A stretch of 60,651 nucleotides of DNA from a virus (Duplodnaviria > Heunggongvirae > Uroviricota > Caudoviricetes), in the IMG/VR virus record IMGVR_UViG_2690315748_000001, positions 1 through 60,651 of that record; one strand, written 5' to 3'. This document shows positions 1 through 10,340 of this stretch, one piece after another. How positions within the stretch are numbered: position 1 is the stretch's first letter; each line of letters opens with the position of its first letter. Below the pieces are notes generated by a model. The model was not told where the DNA came from. It did not search any database and saw only the letters and a program-made list of their open reading frames with translations. The position numbers were made by a program, and so were the translations under genes.

Positions 1-84
1 TGAAGTTCTTTCCCTTTGTCTTCTTTTTTTTTCTCTTCTTTAGCAGCAGGAGTAGTCCCTGCTGTAAAGTCTGTTGCGAGGATT

Positions 85-660
85 TTATCCATAGCTTCGA
101 TACTGCTCTGATTTCGCCAATTTGTCTTTCTCCTGTTTTAACAGCTTCTTGTGCTGTTTTAATCTTTTCGTTATATGCTTTGTCGATTGGTCAATAACTC
201 GCTTCATCGGATAAAAGGCAAGCCAGGAAAAGGATTCGTACTGCTGGTGCTTGTTTCTGGCTGGGCAACAAAATTGGGTTTGAAGGGCTGCTGATGCACT
301 GTTAGCAATATTTAAAGCTTTCATTTTTTCTTGCAATGACAAAATCTCAGCCTTGTTAGCGCTAATTTGTGTTCTTGCTGTTTTCAGCGCTTCTACTTGC
401 TGTTGTCTCTTTTGTCGTATATCAGCTTTAAATTCTTTCTCCTTGGTTTTAGCTAATTCCCTTACACTTTGACCAGTGAGTTTAAGAACACCGTTTTCCA
501 CTCTCATGCTTTTGATAAGCTCAGGGTGTTAGTGATCAAGTCCATCGTTGTATCCAACGACAACTCTTCACCTCTTGCAATGTTCGATACGCAAGCCAAG
601 TCGGTAATTTCACCCATTAAAGTATGGACAGGTTTAACACATCTCCTGCAAAACTAAATG
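85..660 (-). pseudogene. Frameshifted continuation of the tape measure gene (sequence indels or decay)
   Basis: Switching frames restores TMP-like text LSLDTTMDLIT[K]HPELIKSMRVENGVLKL; several 1-2 nt indels are needed between about 520 and 640. Confidence 0.55.
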
Positions 661-3600
661 GCTGAATAGGTGTGTTTTTAATAGCATTGTATGCCTGTGT
701 GTGTTTTAAGATCAGTGCATCGTACATCTGAATCATAGGATTGTTAGGATCAGTCGCCATTAACGAAGCTTTTATTTCCTCAATTTCTTGTTTGACTCTT
801 TTTAAGTCTTCTTCCGTTTTTGGCGTTGTTATAAGTTCGTCAATAGAAATTCCATGAGATTGAATGTCAGCCAAAGCTTGATCAATGTAGCTAGGAATGT
901 TCTCTATTGTTGATTTAACATCAGTGCCAAACGTTTCCAAATTGTCAATCATGTTTTGTCTAAGTTGGTCGATAAACAAGAATGTGTTAGAATTGGATTC
1001 TACCCCTTTTTCACGAGTAGCGATGCTATATGCTTGATCAATAAGTTTAATGATCTCATCAGAGCCAACTTGAATGGACTCCTTTGTTTTCTTGACATCA
1101 TCCTGCCAATACTGTCTCATAGCTTCATTATCACGTATCAACCCATCAAGAACTGCCTGTGCTGCTTCTTTGTTTCGCGTTTGAGGAATGATATTCTGAA
1201 TAGCTTGATATTGGATTTGGGCATAGTTTTTTTCGTCTTCGGATAGAGAATCATATTCTTTTGATAGTTTATTTCTAAACCCTTCAAGAACATCCATATA
1301 ATTAGACTCATTAATCTCCTGAACTTCGTTATCCAAATATTCTTTAGCAACACTTTGCAATTTCTCTGTTCCCTCAGAAGCGCCAAGCTGATTCTCTGCA
1401 TCTTTGATTCTTCTCAGTCTGTCCTCTGTTTCATCAAAACTACCTTCATCAATGTTAATTTTAAGTTGCTCTTTCTCGTTTTGAAGGATAAGGCTTTCGT
1501 TAGCTTTTACCAAAGAGCGAATTTCATCTGCACTCTTGATAACAGCTTCGTTCTTCTCGTTGTAATAAGATATTAGTTCTGGCATCGTATCTTTGATTTT
1601 ATTAACCGTTTCAAGATACTTTTGCTCTTCCTCAGTGTTTCTAGCTGTACCTTTTGCTTGAAGGTCAGCGAAGTCATTCAGATCAAAATCTTTCTGTTCA
1701 AATGTTTCTTTATAGCTTGCTTGAAACTCTTTTTGTTTAGAGATTTCAGCGTCCAGAACTTTCAGTCGCTCTTTCCTTGCTCTTGATTCCATAGTAAACG
1801 CCTTATAAATAAGACTAGCCGCTTCACCAATCGCAAGCATAACGCCAATATAAGGTATAAATTTAGGAATCAGCTTAACAGCATTGAGAATCCATCCACC
1901 CAATCCTTTAAAAGCCCCACCAAGACCTCCAACATTCAGAACAGCTTCGCGAAGACCCTTGCTTCCCAAAAGACCAAGCAAACCACCAATTACCGAAACA
2001 AGCGGCAATGCTCCAGTAATTTCGACCAACTTCGTCATAGCATCAATAATGGCTGTAAGTGCGTCAATAAATAACTTAACTGCATCATCGTCAATTACAG
2101 TAGTCCAGAAATGTTCAAGAGCGTTCTTTAATTGTCCAATCTTATATTCAAAACCATCCATGTAAGTATCAAATTCTTTTGCAGCAGAACCAGCAGAATT
2201 GGAAGCAGTTTTAGCGGCTTTATCTGCATCATCCCAGTTTTGAATGATTGCGGCTACAACGTTACCTTGCTGTTTACCACCCATTTTTTCTGTAAGGTCT
2301 GCACGTTCCAAATCGGTAAGCCTATTCCAAACACCTTCAACTTGTTCGAAAATTTTGTAAGTTGATTTGAATGTTTTCCCATCGTCTTCCATTACTTTAA
2401 GTGCTTTATCACCCATTAATCCAAATTCCTTGTTGATTCGATCAAATGTGATTTGAAGACTAGAACCAAGTTCTTCAACCGCTTCTCCCTCTTCTGAAAC
2501 ACCACGAAGTCTCATTGCCACTGTTTTGAGTGCGTTACCAACTTTTGAAGGATTTTGAATAACTGCGTTTGCGGAAGCAGCGAGGGCAACAGATTCTTCC
2601 ATAGAGTTACCAGCTTGATGCAGAACAGCAGCACTACGAGTCATTACCTCCCCGATTCCTTCCGCTGAAATAGCGAAATTGTTCGACACTTCATTGAACA
2701 TGTCTACAACTTTACGAACATTTTTACCAGCTTTATCCACTTCAACTCCGAAACCTTGAATTGTACCTGTGAGATTATCGCTAGCTGTCTCTACATTCAT
2801 ATCACCTACGTTGGCATATAAAAGGCTATTTTTACTAAGACTTGTCGATTGTTCGAGAGTATATCCAAGCTTTTGGAATGCGGTTGTTGCATTAATTACA
2901 TCAGTTGCCACAACACCTAAGTCTCTACCCATCTCAGATGCAGTAGTTTTAAACTCTTCAAGTTGTTGAGAGCTTGCTTCTGAAACTTTTGACAAGTTGA
3001 TCATTGCTGCATCAATATCAAGAATAGACTGGAAGCCTTGTCTTATCTGTTCCATTGTTCCATAAACAAGGTTCATTGCTGCCGCCCAAATTGGTGCTTT
3101 CTTGAGTGCATTCACAAGTTGACCAGACATTGAATTTCTTCTACGAGAATCTTCTTCACGCAATCTGCGAGACTGAGAGTTAAGTCTGTTCATAGCTGTT
3201 TCTATTTCTTTTGTGGCATCCTTAAACTCATCTCCAACCTTATCACCAAGACCATTAACCATTCGTTCAATTTCTTTAATGGTTTCTTTGATCTTTCTCG
3301 CTTCGGAAGAATTTTCACTAAAACCTCGTGTTGCACGATAGCTTGCGCTCTCAAATTTATCTCTAATTCGTTGAGTTGCTGAACTTCTTCCGTTCTCATC
3401 ACTTTCAACATCTCTTTGGCGTTGCGCTAATCGTTTCAAGGCTTGAATGCGTTGTTGTATTGCTCTTTGCTCATCGTAAGAAAGTTGTGTTCCACGCTCT
3501 CTAAGTTCATTAATTTCTCGTTGGATGCTTATGGCTTCCTGTTCAATAGCGTTCAGCTTAGTTGCGTCTTGAATTTGGCGAGTTGCATTATGAACGACCT

Positions 3601-5620
3601 CAGCTATACTATCAGCATATCTATCAGCAGATTTCACAGCACTTTGTTGATGTTCTGCGATAACTCTACGAATCTTTTCTTCGTCTTTTCCAGCACTAAC
3701 AATGTCGTCATTGAGCTTTGCAAGTTTTCTCATTTCGTCTTCGATCAACGCAATGTCTTTCTTGGACGAACTGAAATCAAGCATATTGTTCATACCCTTG
3801 ACATCATCAAGAACATTGTCTGGAACCGTACCTCTCATGCTCTCAATCTTATTGTTATTTTTTGCTTTGGTAATATCGCGTGTCTCTTGACGCTCTCCAC
3901 GTTTCGTAGACAAGTCGTTCAGTCTCTTCATCTGCGTCTCGACACGCTTTAAATCCTGCTCATACGTCTTAGAATCGGCGCTAAGAGACTGCATGGACTT
4001 TCTGACACCATCGAACTCATTGTCGCTTACGAAGCCCTCAGCCTTAATCTTGTCGATCTCCTTGCCCCAATCGTGAGTGCTAACACGAATCTTGCGCTGT
4101 TTAGCATCCATGTCTTCATAGCGACTTGTGATCTTACTCATTTCACTGTCGATAGCGTTCAATTCTTTCTGAACATCCAGCTTGTCTACATATTCACTTT
4201 GAGCAAGACGACCAAGTTCACGAAGCTTGTTTTCGATCTTTTCGAAATCTTTCGCATCAATAAAGCCAGAGTCAACCATCTTACCTTTCTTCTGACTAAT
4301 TTCATCAGACTTATCGTTGACAAGTCCAGTACGTTCACGAACATCATGTTCTCTTTCTTTCTTCTCATGAGAAAGTCTTCCTCTTTCATTTTCAGTATCA
4401 GAAAGGTGTTGCTGAAGGTTTTTAAGGTCTTCCGCTTCTTTCACTTGAAGCTTCTCTTTCTGAATTGCTTCCGCTTGTTTTCTCAGCATATCATCATACA
4501 CTTTGTTTACACGCTTCAAAGCATTTTCCAATTGAAGCATATTGTCAGAAGCTTTAACGCTATCTACAGCTTCATTCAACTTGGCTGTATCTTTTGTTGA
4601 TGCATACTTTTTGTCGATCTTACCGCTGTTGACCTTCTTGTCGATCTTGTCGTATTCGTTTGCAACTTTACGACCAAACGCAACCTTCTTCTCTTGACCT
4701 TGAATCTTAGCAAACTGATTCTGGATCTCTTGAAGTTTCTTTTGCAGTTGATCCAAGTTCTTAAAGTCGCCAGCATCAAGTTCTCCAACTAAACGACCCA
4801 TCTTCTTCTTAGAAGCAGGATTAGCAAAGTTCTGCTTCTCAACATCAGCAAGCTTATTAGACCATTTGATTGCTTCTTTAACTTGCGTCTCTCTTGTCTT
4901 ATTGACTTCCATCATTTCGCGTTCAAGCTTGTCATAATACTCGATCAAGTCATTGATTGCTTTTACTTCATCATGGAATCCTTCATCGCCATTAGCCAAC
5001 TTTGTATGGAGCATAGACAAACGTTCAGTAAGCTTTGCAACATCATTCAAACTAGATTTGGTTACATTCTTCATGGAATCAATCTTGTTCATGGCTTTAG
5101 TTACATAGCTATCTAACGCAGAGAAATTACGAGTATCAACAGGGGATTTTTCAATAATTTCATTTCTCTCATTAGTTCCTTTAGACTGTGTTTTATTGGA
5201 GAACTTGTCTCCTGTCTTAGTAGTACGCATTTTATTGCCAGCATTATCAGTCCTGTCAATAACACTCATAAGACCTTTGTATTCGTCCTGAACCTCTTTC
5301 AGCTTTTTCTTTGCTTCACCTAAAGACTTCGTAAGATCATTACCAACTTCCGATAAGTCGATTTTTGACATGCCTTCTAGTTTTTCTTTGATGTTCGTAG
5401 CATCTTTAAGATCATTTTTAAGACCAAAGTCGATATCGAGTTTGCCTAACTTCGAAAAAAGGTCTTGAATTGTTCTGATTTGCTTGAAAACGACATCCTT
5501 ATTTCCGATAATCATATTTAGTTTTAACTTGTATGAGTCACCAATATTTTCGATAGACCTTTTTATGTCATTCTCAGCGTTCGTCATATCTACGCCAATC
5601 AGAATATTAAAATCCGACAT
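617..5620 (-). CDS. Tail tape measure protein (TP901-type core, long coiled-coil); 3' end apparently frameshifted
   Basis: 1667-aa helical protein with core LSKVSEASSQQLEEFKTTASEMGRDLGVVATDVINATTAFQKLGY and VVDMFNEVSNNFAISAEGIGE; at the end of the tail operon, in the SPbeta yomI position. Confidence 0.9.
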   Translation of the reverse strand: MSDFNILIGVDMTNAENDIKRSIENIGDSYKLKLNMIIGNKDVVFKQIRTIQDLFSKLGKLDIDFGLKNDLKDATNIKEKLEGMSKIDLSEVGNDLTKSLGEAKKKLKEVQDEYKGLMSVIDRTDNAGNKMRTTKTGDKFSNKTQSKGTNERNEIIEKSPVDTRNFSALDSYVTKAMNKIDSMKNVTKSSLNDVAKLTERLSMLHTKLANGDEGFHDEVKAINDLIEYYDKLEREMMEVNKTRETQVKEAIKWSNKLADVEKQNFANPASKKKMGRLVGELDAGDFKNLDQLQKKLQEIQNQFAKIQGQEKKVAFGRKVANEYDKIDKKVNSGKIDKKYASTKDTAKLNEAVDSVKASDNMLQLENALKRVNKVYDDMLRKQAEAIQKEKLQVKEAEDLKNLQQHLSDTENERGRLSHEKKEREHDVRERTGLVNDKSDEISQKKGKMVDSGFIDAKDFEKIENKLRELGRLAQSEYVDKLDVQKELNAIDSEMSKITSRYEDMDAKQRKIRVSTHDWGKEIDKIKAEGFVSDNEFDGVRKSMQSLSADSKTYEQDLKRVETQMKRLNDLSTKRGERQETRDITKAKNNNKIESMRGTVPDNVLDDVKGMNNMLDFSSSKKDIALIEDEMRKLAKLNDDIVSAGKDEEKIRRVIAEHQQSAVKSADRYADSIAEVVHNATRQIQDATKLNAIEQEAISIQREINELRERGTQLSYDEQRAIQQRIQALKRLAQRQRDVESDENGRSSATQRIRDKFESASYRATRGFSENSSEARKIKETIKEIERMVNGLGDKVGDEFKDATKEIETAMNRLNSQSRRLREEDSRRRNSMSGQLVNALKKAPIWAAAMNLVYGTMEQIRQGFQSILDIDAAMINLSKVSEASSQQLEEFKTTASEMGRDLGVVATDVINATTAFQKLGYTLEQSTSLSKNSLLYANVGDMNVETASDNLTGTIQGFGVEVDKAGKNVRKVVDMFNEVSNNFAISAEGIGEVMTRSAAVLHQAGNSMEESVALAASANAVIQNPSKVGNALKTVAMRLRGVSEEGEAVEELGSSLQITFDRINKEFGLMGDKALKVMEDDGKTFKSTYKIFEQVEGVWNRLTDLERADLTEKMGGKQQGNVVAAIIQNWDDADKAAKTASNSAGSAAKEFDTYMDGFEYKIGQLKNALEHFWTTVIDDDAVKLFIDALTAIIDAMTKLVEITGALPLVSVIGGLLGLLGSKGLREAVLNVGGLGGAFKGLGGWILNAVKLIPKFIPYIGVMLAIGEAASLIYKAFTMESRARKERLKVLDAEISKQKEFQASYKETFEQKDFDLNDFADLQAKGTARNTEEEQKYLETVNKIKDTMPELISYYNEKNEAVIKSADEIRSLVKANESLILQNEKEQLKINIDEGSFDETEDRLRRIKDAENQLGASEGTEKLQSVAKEYLDNEVQEINESNYMDVLEGFRNKLSKEYDSLSEDEKNYAQIQYQAIQNIIPQTRNKEAAQAVLDGLIRDNEAMRQYWQDDVKKTKESIQVGSDEIIKLIDQAYSIATREKGVESNSNTFLFIDQLRQNMIDNLETFGTDVKSTIENIPSYIDQALADIQSHGISIDELITTPKTEEDLKRVKQEIEEIKASLMATDPNNPMIQMYDALILKHTQAYNAIKNTPIQPFSFAGDVLNLSIL

Positions 5621-5654
5621 TAATAAACACTCCCTTTATGCTAAAATAAAAAAC

Positions 5655-5681
5655 AAAAAAGGAGTGTTTATCACACTCCTT
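5655..5681 (-). terminator. Intrinsic terminator
   Basis: AAGGAGTGT/ACACTCCTT stem followed by a T-run on the minus strand. Confidence 0.6.
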
Positions 5682-5686
5682 CAAAG

Positions 5687-6121
5687 TTATTCGTATTGAA
5701 TTTCTTCAACGATCTCGCACCATCTGTCGTACTCTAAAGCTTCTCTACCTTTAAAAGTCTTATCGCAGTTCAAAATTATATCTTTTATTAGCAGGAGCAT
5801 TTCCTTGCGTTCTTCTGTTTCGTCAATAACGAAATCCTCATTCAGAAGCTTAAAGTACTCTCTATTGAATGCTGTACGATCTGGAACATCGTACATTTGT
5901 TTATCTCCATCTTGTATAATAATGGGATTACCTTCTTCGTCGAATCTAGCAAACTCTTTAATCAGTTCCACATGTTCTTCTTTTACAAGTTGGATTCGTT
6001 CAGCCAAAACACGCTTTACAAACCGAGTTCGCAAACGAGACTCATAACTTGGCAATTCCAATCCCATCAGAAATTTCGCAAAATCTTCAACTTCATCGTT
6101 CTTCATCTTCACGAAAAACAC
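5687..6121 (-). CDS. Phage hypothetical protein in tail operon
   Basis: 144-aa ORF co-oriented with tail genes, RBS AAAGGAG upstream. Confidence 0.75.
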   Translation of the reverse strand: MFFVKMKNDEVEDFAKFLMGLELPSYESRLRTRFVKRVLAERIQLVKEEHVELIKEFARFDEEGNPIIIQDGDKQMYDVPDRTAFNREYFKLLNEDFVIDETEERKEMLLLIKDIILNCDKTFKGREALEYDRWCEIVEEIQYE

Positions 6122-6132
6122 TCCTTTTTCTC

Positions 6133-7134
6133 TTATAGTTCAAACTTCTTCTTAGCATCTTGAAGCTTCTTCATATCACGCTTGATATAATGCTTCAAGG
6201 TTGTGTCTGGACTTCTATGATTCAGTAGTTCTTGAACATCCTCCAAGGACATGCCCTTATTGAACAACAACGAACTACCACTATGCCTAAAATCATGGGG
6301 GTGTAGTTCGGGAACATCAATGATCTGTCCGATCTTCTTTGTCCAATACGTTTGCATTAAATTCTTACTCGCTTGCTTCCATTCCCCACCATACTTTGTA
6401 ATGAACAAATATTCAGACTCTATCTCATTCTCCTTGCGATAATCTAACCACTTTCTAATAAGCTTCATAGTCTCATCAGAACAGTATCCATCAACAATAT
6501 ATCCTTCTTTTTCTTTGATCCCCGAAATCATTCCTGTTTCGAAATCAATCTGGTCAACCTTTATATTGCAGACTGCATTAACACGAAGCATTGTTGACAA
6601 TGACAGTTCGAAGTACAGTTGCAATTGCAGATCGTCATTTTTGCTGAAATGCTTCCTGATCTGATCTAATTGTGATTCCGACAAGTAAGTCTGTGTAATT
6701 TGTGGCTTCTCTCCTGCTCTAACAGAAGGTCTTTCGATGTAGTCCAAAGGATTGGATTTGATTTTCCGTTTTTTGAGTAGATAAAGAAAAAACGAGGAAA
6801 TGGAACTCAGTCTCCGCTGAATCCTTCGCTCGTTATTACCAAGAACTGTGACACAAAACGCCACGTAATCTTCTATTAGATCAACCATATCCTCAATGCC
6901 ATCTTCGTCTTTCAGCATTATTAGAATATCCTCTGTCATTAAACTACCTTTGCCAAACTTATCATTAATAAATACCAACCATTGATTGAAGTCTGACTCG
7001 TAACTCGTTTTAGAAGAGTCACTAAGATTCATATTCTTGTAATTAAAATATTTCTGTATATGCATTTTATTTTCGTCAGATACTTTAGCAAGCTTGTCTT
7101 TGGTGACATACCTGACGTATTTTCTTTTCGCCAT
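6133..7134 (-). CDS. Tyrosine recombinase/integrase family protein inside the tail operon (SPbeta YomM-like position)
   Basis: Catalytic set R (TMLRVNAV), HxxR (HPHDFRH), H (LLNHRS), Y (TLKHY); ATG at 7134 preferred over GTG at 7143 on RBS spacing. Confidence 0.9.
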   Translation of the reverse strand: MAKRKYVRYVTKDKLAKVSDENKMHIQKYFNYKNMNLSDSSKTSYESDFNQWLVFINDKFGKGSLMTEDILIMLKDEDGIEDMVDLIEDYVAFCVTVLGNNERRIQRRLSSISSFFLYLLKKRKIKSNPLDYIERPSVRAGEKPQITQTYLSESQLDQIRKHFSKNDDLQLQLYFELSLSTMLRVNAVCNIKVDQIDFETGMISGIKEKEGYIVDGYCSDETMKLIRKWLDYRKENEIESEYLFITKYGGEWKQASKNLMQTYWTKKIGQIIDVPELHPHDFRHSGSSLLFNKGMSLEDVQELLNHRSPDTTLKHYIKRDMKKLQDAKKKFEL

Positions 7135-7139
7135 TTCTA

Positions 7140-7619
7140 TCACCTCTTATTCATATGACCTTCCAAGAGTGAAACCATAGTCCCTTTATTCAACCTTCTC
7201 TTCGTAGCGCTAATGAAGTCTCTAGGCTGCGCATAAGGCATGTGTTCGGAATGAGAATAGTAAAGATATTCTGAGTCAAATCCATATGATTTCGCTTTTT
7301 TTTGACCTAACACAACAAGTGGGGTCAAATAAATCTCTGGACTACCTTTAAAATTGGTCTTCGTATTATTGTAGATTTCGTAATCAAATCCACCACGCCT
7401 ATTACTACTGAGAGGATTGCCAATGATATTATCTTCATCAAGCAAACCACCAGAATACCTTCTTCGTGAGTATTGATATGTTTCATAAACCTTATAAACT
7501 TCATCCAAAGTAGCCTGTACCATTTGCGTCTTTGCATAAGTCATCACATCTTTTCTCATACCTTCCTTAGCCTTCGCCAATACAGCCTTCCTTAATGAAT
7601 CAAAATTCTTGTGTGACAT
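7140..7619 (-). CDS. Putative tail completion/neck protein
   Basis: Tail operon position; basic 159-aa protein ending PRDFISAT, resembling the HK97 gp10-like PRPF motif. Confidence 0.45.
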   Translation of the reverse strand: MSHKNFDSLRKAVLAKAKEGMRKDVMTYAKTQMVQATLDEVYKVYETYQYSRRRYSGGLLDEDNIIGNPLSSNRRGGFDYEIYNNTKTNFKGSPEIYLTPLVVLGQKKAKSYGFDSEYLYYSHSEHMPYAQPRDFISATKRRLNKGTMVSLLEGHMNKR

Positions 7620-7624
7620 TCACA

Positions 7625-8125
7625 TCACTCCATAAGACTTTTATCTACAAGTTTGGCGCGAATCTGCTCTTTAAACTCTTCCACTTCTTCCATTTTGCTA
7701 TCGAAGTTTTCAAGAACCTTAGAAATTTCGCTTTGCACTTTTCCAATTTCATTCTCGTCAAACGACATAAATATTTGAAACATAGTTCCTGTGTTCGTCA
7801 TATGTTCAATAGCCTTCAATTGCTCTGCAAATTTATTCGGCAATTCTAAAGTTGTGAAATGTTTGATGAGCATAAAAATCATATATGGCACAAGAACAGT
7901 TTCGATTTGACCCTTGTTCTTTACGCGAACATGATCAAGCTTTTCGATCAATTCTTGACAGCATTGTGTAATTTGCACTGTGGCAAAGTGTTTGTAAATC
8001 TCCACCACGAAACTTTCGATCTTCCCATCAATCTCCATTTGAACAAGAACTTCTTTTAGATTTTCAAATTTTTCGCTTGCCCTTTCGATTAGATGAAAAT
8101 CAAGATTGCGGTATGTTTCTGTCAT
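7625..8125 (-). CDS. Hypothetical protein, possible tail assembly chaperone
   Basis: 166 aa, RBS AAGGAGG, directly downstream of the tail tube gene. Confidence 0.5.
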   Translation of the reverse strand: MTETYRNLDFHLIERASEKFENLKEVLVQMEIDGKIESFVVEIYKHFATVQITQCCQELIEKLDHVRVKNKGQIETVLVPYMIFMLIKHFTTLELPNKFAEQLKAIEHMTNTGTMFQIFMSFDENEIGKVQSEISKVLENFDSKMEEVEEFKEQIRAKLVDKSLME

Positions 8126-8162
8126 TGATATTTCCTCCTTTTATACTCATAGATGAAGACAC

Positions 8163-8200
8163 AAAAAAAATGGTGAAAGGGAAATTTCCCTCTCACCATT
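8163..8200 (-). terminator. Intrinsic terminator after tail tube gene
   Basis: AATGGTGA-AGGGAA/TTCCCT-TCACCATT stem plus an 8-T run on the minus strand. Confidence 0.7.
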
Positions 8201-8214
8201 AAAGTGTTTGTTCA

Positions 8215-8228
8215 GTACTTTCTTCGGC
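8215..8228 (-). promoter_or_regulatory. GCCGAAGAAAGTAC box (perfect)
   Basis: Between tail tube stop and terminator. Confidence 0.75.
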
Positions 8229-8240
8229 TTTTTGGGCAAA

Positions 8241-8996
8241 TTAGTAACGAACAAGTTTAACCATTTCAGTACTCCGAGGGTCTTTAAATACATCAAGAGC
8301 CATATCGAATACGGAAGGGTCGCCATCAGGTTGCATTGTCAGCGTGAACGCGGAACCGATCTTAGCTTTAGGAATGACGATCTGTACTTTCTCATCCTTA
8401 CCTGTAGCTTCGGAACGCCAGAAAGTCTTACCAACAACGCGGTAGAATCCACCAAACTTATCAGAGTGCAGAGTAATTACCTCAGACTCATCAACTGTTT
8501 GATAAGTAAAATAAACGATTACAGTTGTGCCTACAGCTAAGGAAGCAGCAGGAACAGTAATGTCTTTACCAGTTACAGTGATAGAAGCAGAAGTAACTTC
8601 TTTGTCCTGACCATAACCATCTGTTGATTCGAAGATTTGTACGGAACCTGTGTCTGGAGTTTCGTCCAGAGCGATCTTCGAGTTACCAGAACCATCGTCA
8701 ACTGTTACAGCTACGATACGCTCATAGATCGTCTCTATTTTCTTCTCGACCTCAGTGCCAGACTGCATTGCGATTGCTTTAGGGTTCAGCAACGCATCCT
8801 GTACGTTAAACGTAGCAGTACGGTTGAAGTCCCAAGAAATCAGTCGTGGGTTCCCTTTACCACCGTTTGCGTATACAGTTTCAGCGGCATTTTCCAGATT
8901 GGACAACTTCAAAGTGTCCAAGAACAGTTCAGCTTTACCAGTGAGCAGATTATAAAAAATTACATCTGCAACTTCCTTAACACCAAAACGTGCCAT
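8241..8996 (-). CDS. Major tail (tube) protein
   Basis: Beta-rich 251 aa, MARFGVKEVADV...YANGGKGNPRLISWD; followed by a terminator; typical SPbeta-like position. Confidence 0.7.
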   Translation of the reverse strand: MARFGVKEVADVIFYNLLTGKAELFLDTLKLSNLENAAETVYANGGKGNPRLISWDFNRTATFNVQDALLNPKAIAMQSGTEVEKKIETIYERIVAVTVDDGSGNSKIALDETPDTGSVQIFESTDGYGQDKEVTSASITVTGKDITVPAASLAVGTTVIVYFTYQTVDESEVITLHSDKFGGFYRVVGKTFWRSEATGKDEKVQIVIPKAKIGSAFTLTMQPDGDPSVFDMALDVFKDPRSTEMVKLVRY

Positions 8997-9088
8997 GTGT
9001 AATCATCTCCTTTGAGAAATCATATTTAGTGCGCTCATACATAATAGTGGTTAGCACATACATTCTTCGTCTATTTTGGATACAGAAA

Positions 9089-9835
9089 CTAAGCCTTACT
9101 AGACCAGTGCGTCAGCTTAACATCTTTTGCTCCTGCCAAGATAGATTTAATACTGATATCATATTGGTCAATAATCTCCATACGTTTAAATTTCCTATAC
9201 ACTTGGTATACAGTTAAGTCAGGGACGTTGAGTTCATTAATGCCATATGACTTGGATGATATAGCTGACAGAATATCGTAGAAGTCAATATCCTTCTCAT
9301 CATCTCCATCTGAGTCTTGATGCTGTTTCTTTTTTAACTCATCTCTTCTTCTAGCAACTGCATCCATTTGCTCTTTCAACTTTCGAGTTTCCTCGTCAGC
9401 AGGATCAAAGTTGTCCATTTTTTTCTCATCAAAGCTATTGATGTAATTCTGCCATTTGATAACTTCCTGAATCTCATGGTAGTTTTCTTTATTGACAATA
9501 AGGATTTCTTCGTCGCTGATTTTAATGAATACGCGACAATCCTCTTTATCAAGAACAACTTCTGTCCCACCAAGAAAGAGCGCCATTGCTTGCTCGAAGG
9601 CACTCTCAATTTCTTGACCACCATATACCATCAGCAGTTCAAGGACATGTATTTCTTCTGGTGGATTTTCAAGAAAATCTTTTGTCGTCAGCGTCATGAT
9701 ATTCAAACACTTCATATACTCCGAGTAACCTATATCAACGATCTCGCGTACTGTGAGCGGTGCTATGTCTCCATAACCTTTGGCGTTGATCGCTCTACCA
9801 GTGAAGAGTTTGAGCTTCAAATCAATATCTTGCAT
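9089..9835 (-). CDS. Conserved virion morphogenesis protein (tail region)
   Basis: 248 aa in the tail operon, RBS AAGGAGTG. Confidence 0.65.
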   Translation of the reverse strand: MQDIDLKLKLFTGRAINAKGYGDIAPLTVREIVDIGYSEYMKCLNIMTLTTKDFLENPPEEIHVLELLMVYGGQEIESAFEQAMALFLGGTEVVLDKEDCRVFIKISDEEILIVNKENYHEIQEVIKWQNYINSFDEKKMDNFDPADEETRKLKEQMDAVARRRDELKKKQHQDSDGDDEKDIDFYDILSAISSKSYGINELNVPDLTVYQVYRKFKRMEIIDQYDISIKSILAGAKDVKLTHWSSKA

Positions 9836-9848
9836 TGAATATCACTCC

Positions 9849-10340
9849 TTAAAACTCTGTAGTGGTAGCAGCAATTCTGAAACCTTCAAATTGTTCATTT
9901 ACAACCGTATGGTCGGCACTTACAAAATGAATCTCTCCAAGACCCTCAACATTCTTATCTTTGAATGAATCAAGAATCAATTTAGCTATCTCATAAGGTC
10001 TAATGACTTTTTTTTCATTATCCATGAATAGCCAAATGTCTTTGTGAACAACGATATCAAAAAAGATGATCGCCCTTCCTACATGTCCATTATTTTCGAA
10101 CGTCAGATTCGGGTAATAGATGTGTAGTTGAGTACGAACATCCTCTTTAAATGTCACATCAAACGGATAAGGGAAAACCCTTTCACCTTTACCTTTAGGA
10201 GCGATTTCAGATGGGTTAATCTTTTGGGTAAAAGGATTATCTCCATTCCACCCAATACAGTTAACAAGAGATTGGTTTTTTAGAACTTCTCCGATAATAG
10301 TGATAATATTCGACGACAATCTATCAAAGTTCATTACCAC
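9849..10340 (-). CDS. Putative tail terminator/head-tail protein
   Basis: 163 aa, synteny between head closure and tail genes. Confidence 0.5.
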   Translation of the reverse strand: MVMNFDRLSSNIITIIGEVLKNQSLVNCIGWNGDNPFTQKINPSEIAPKGKGERVFPYPFDVTFKEDVRTQLHIYYPNLTFENNGHVGRAIIFFDIVVHKDIWLFMDNEKKVIRPYEIAKLILDSFKDKNVEGLGEIHFVSADHTVVNEQFEGFRIAATTTEF

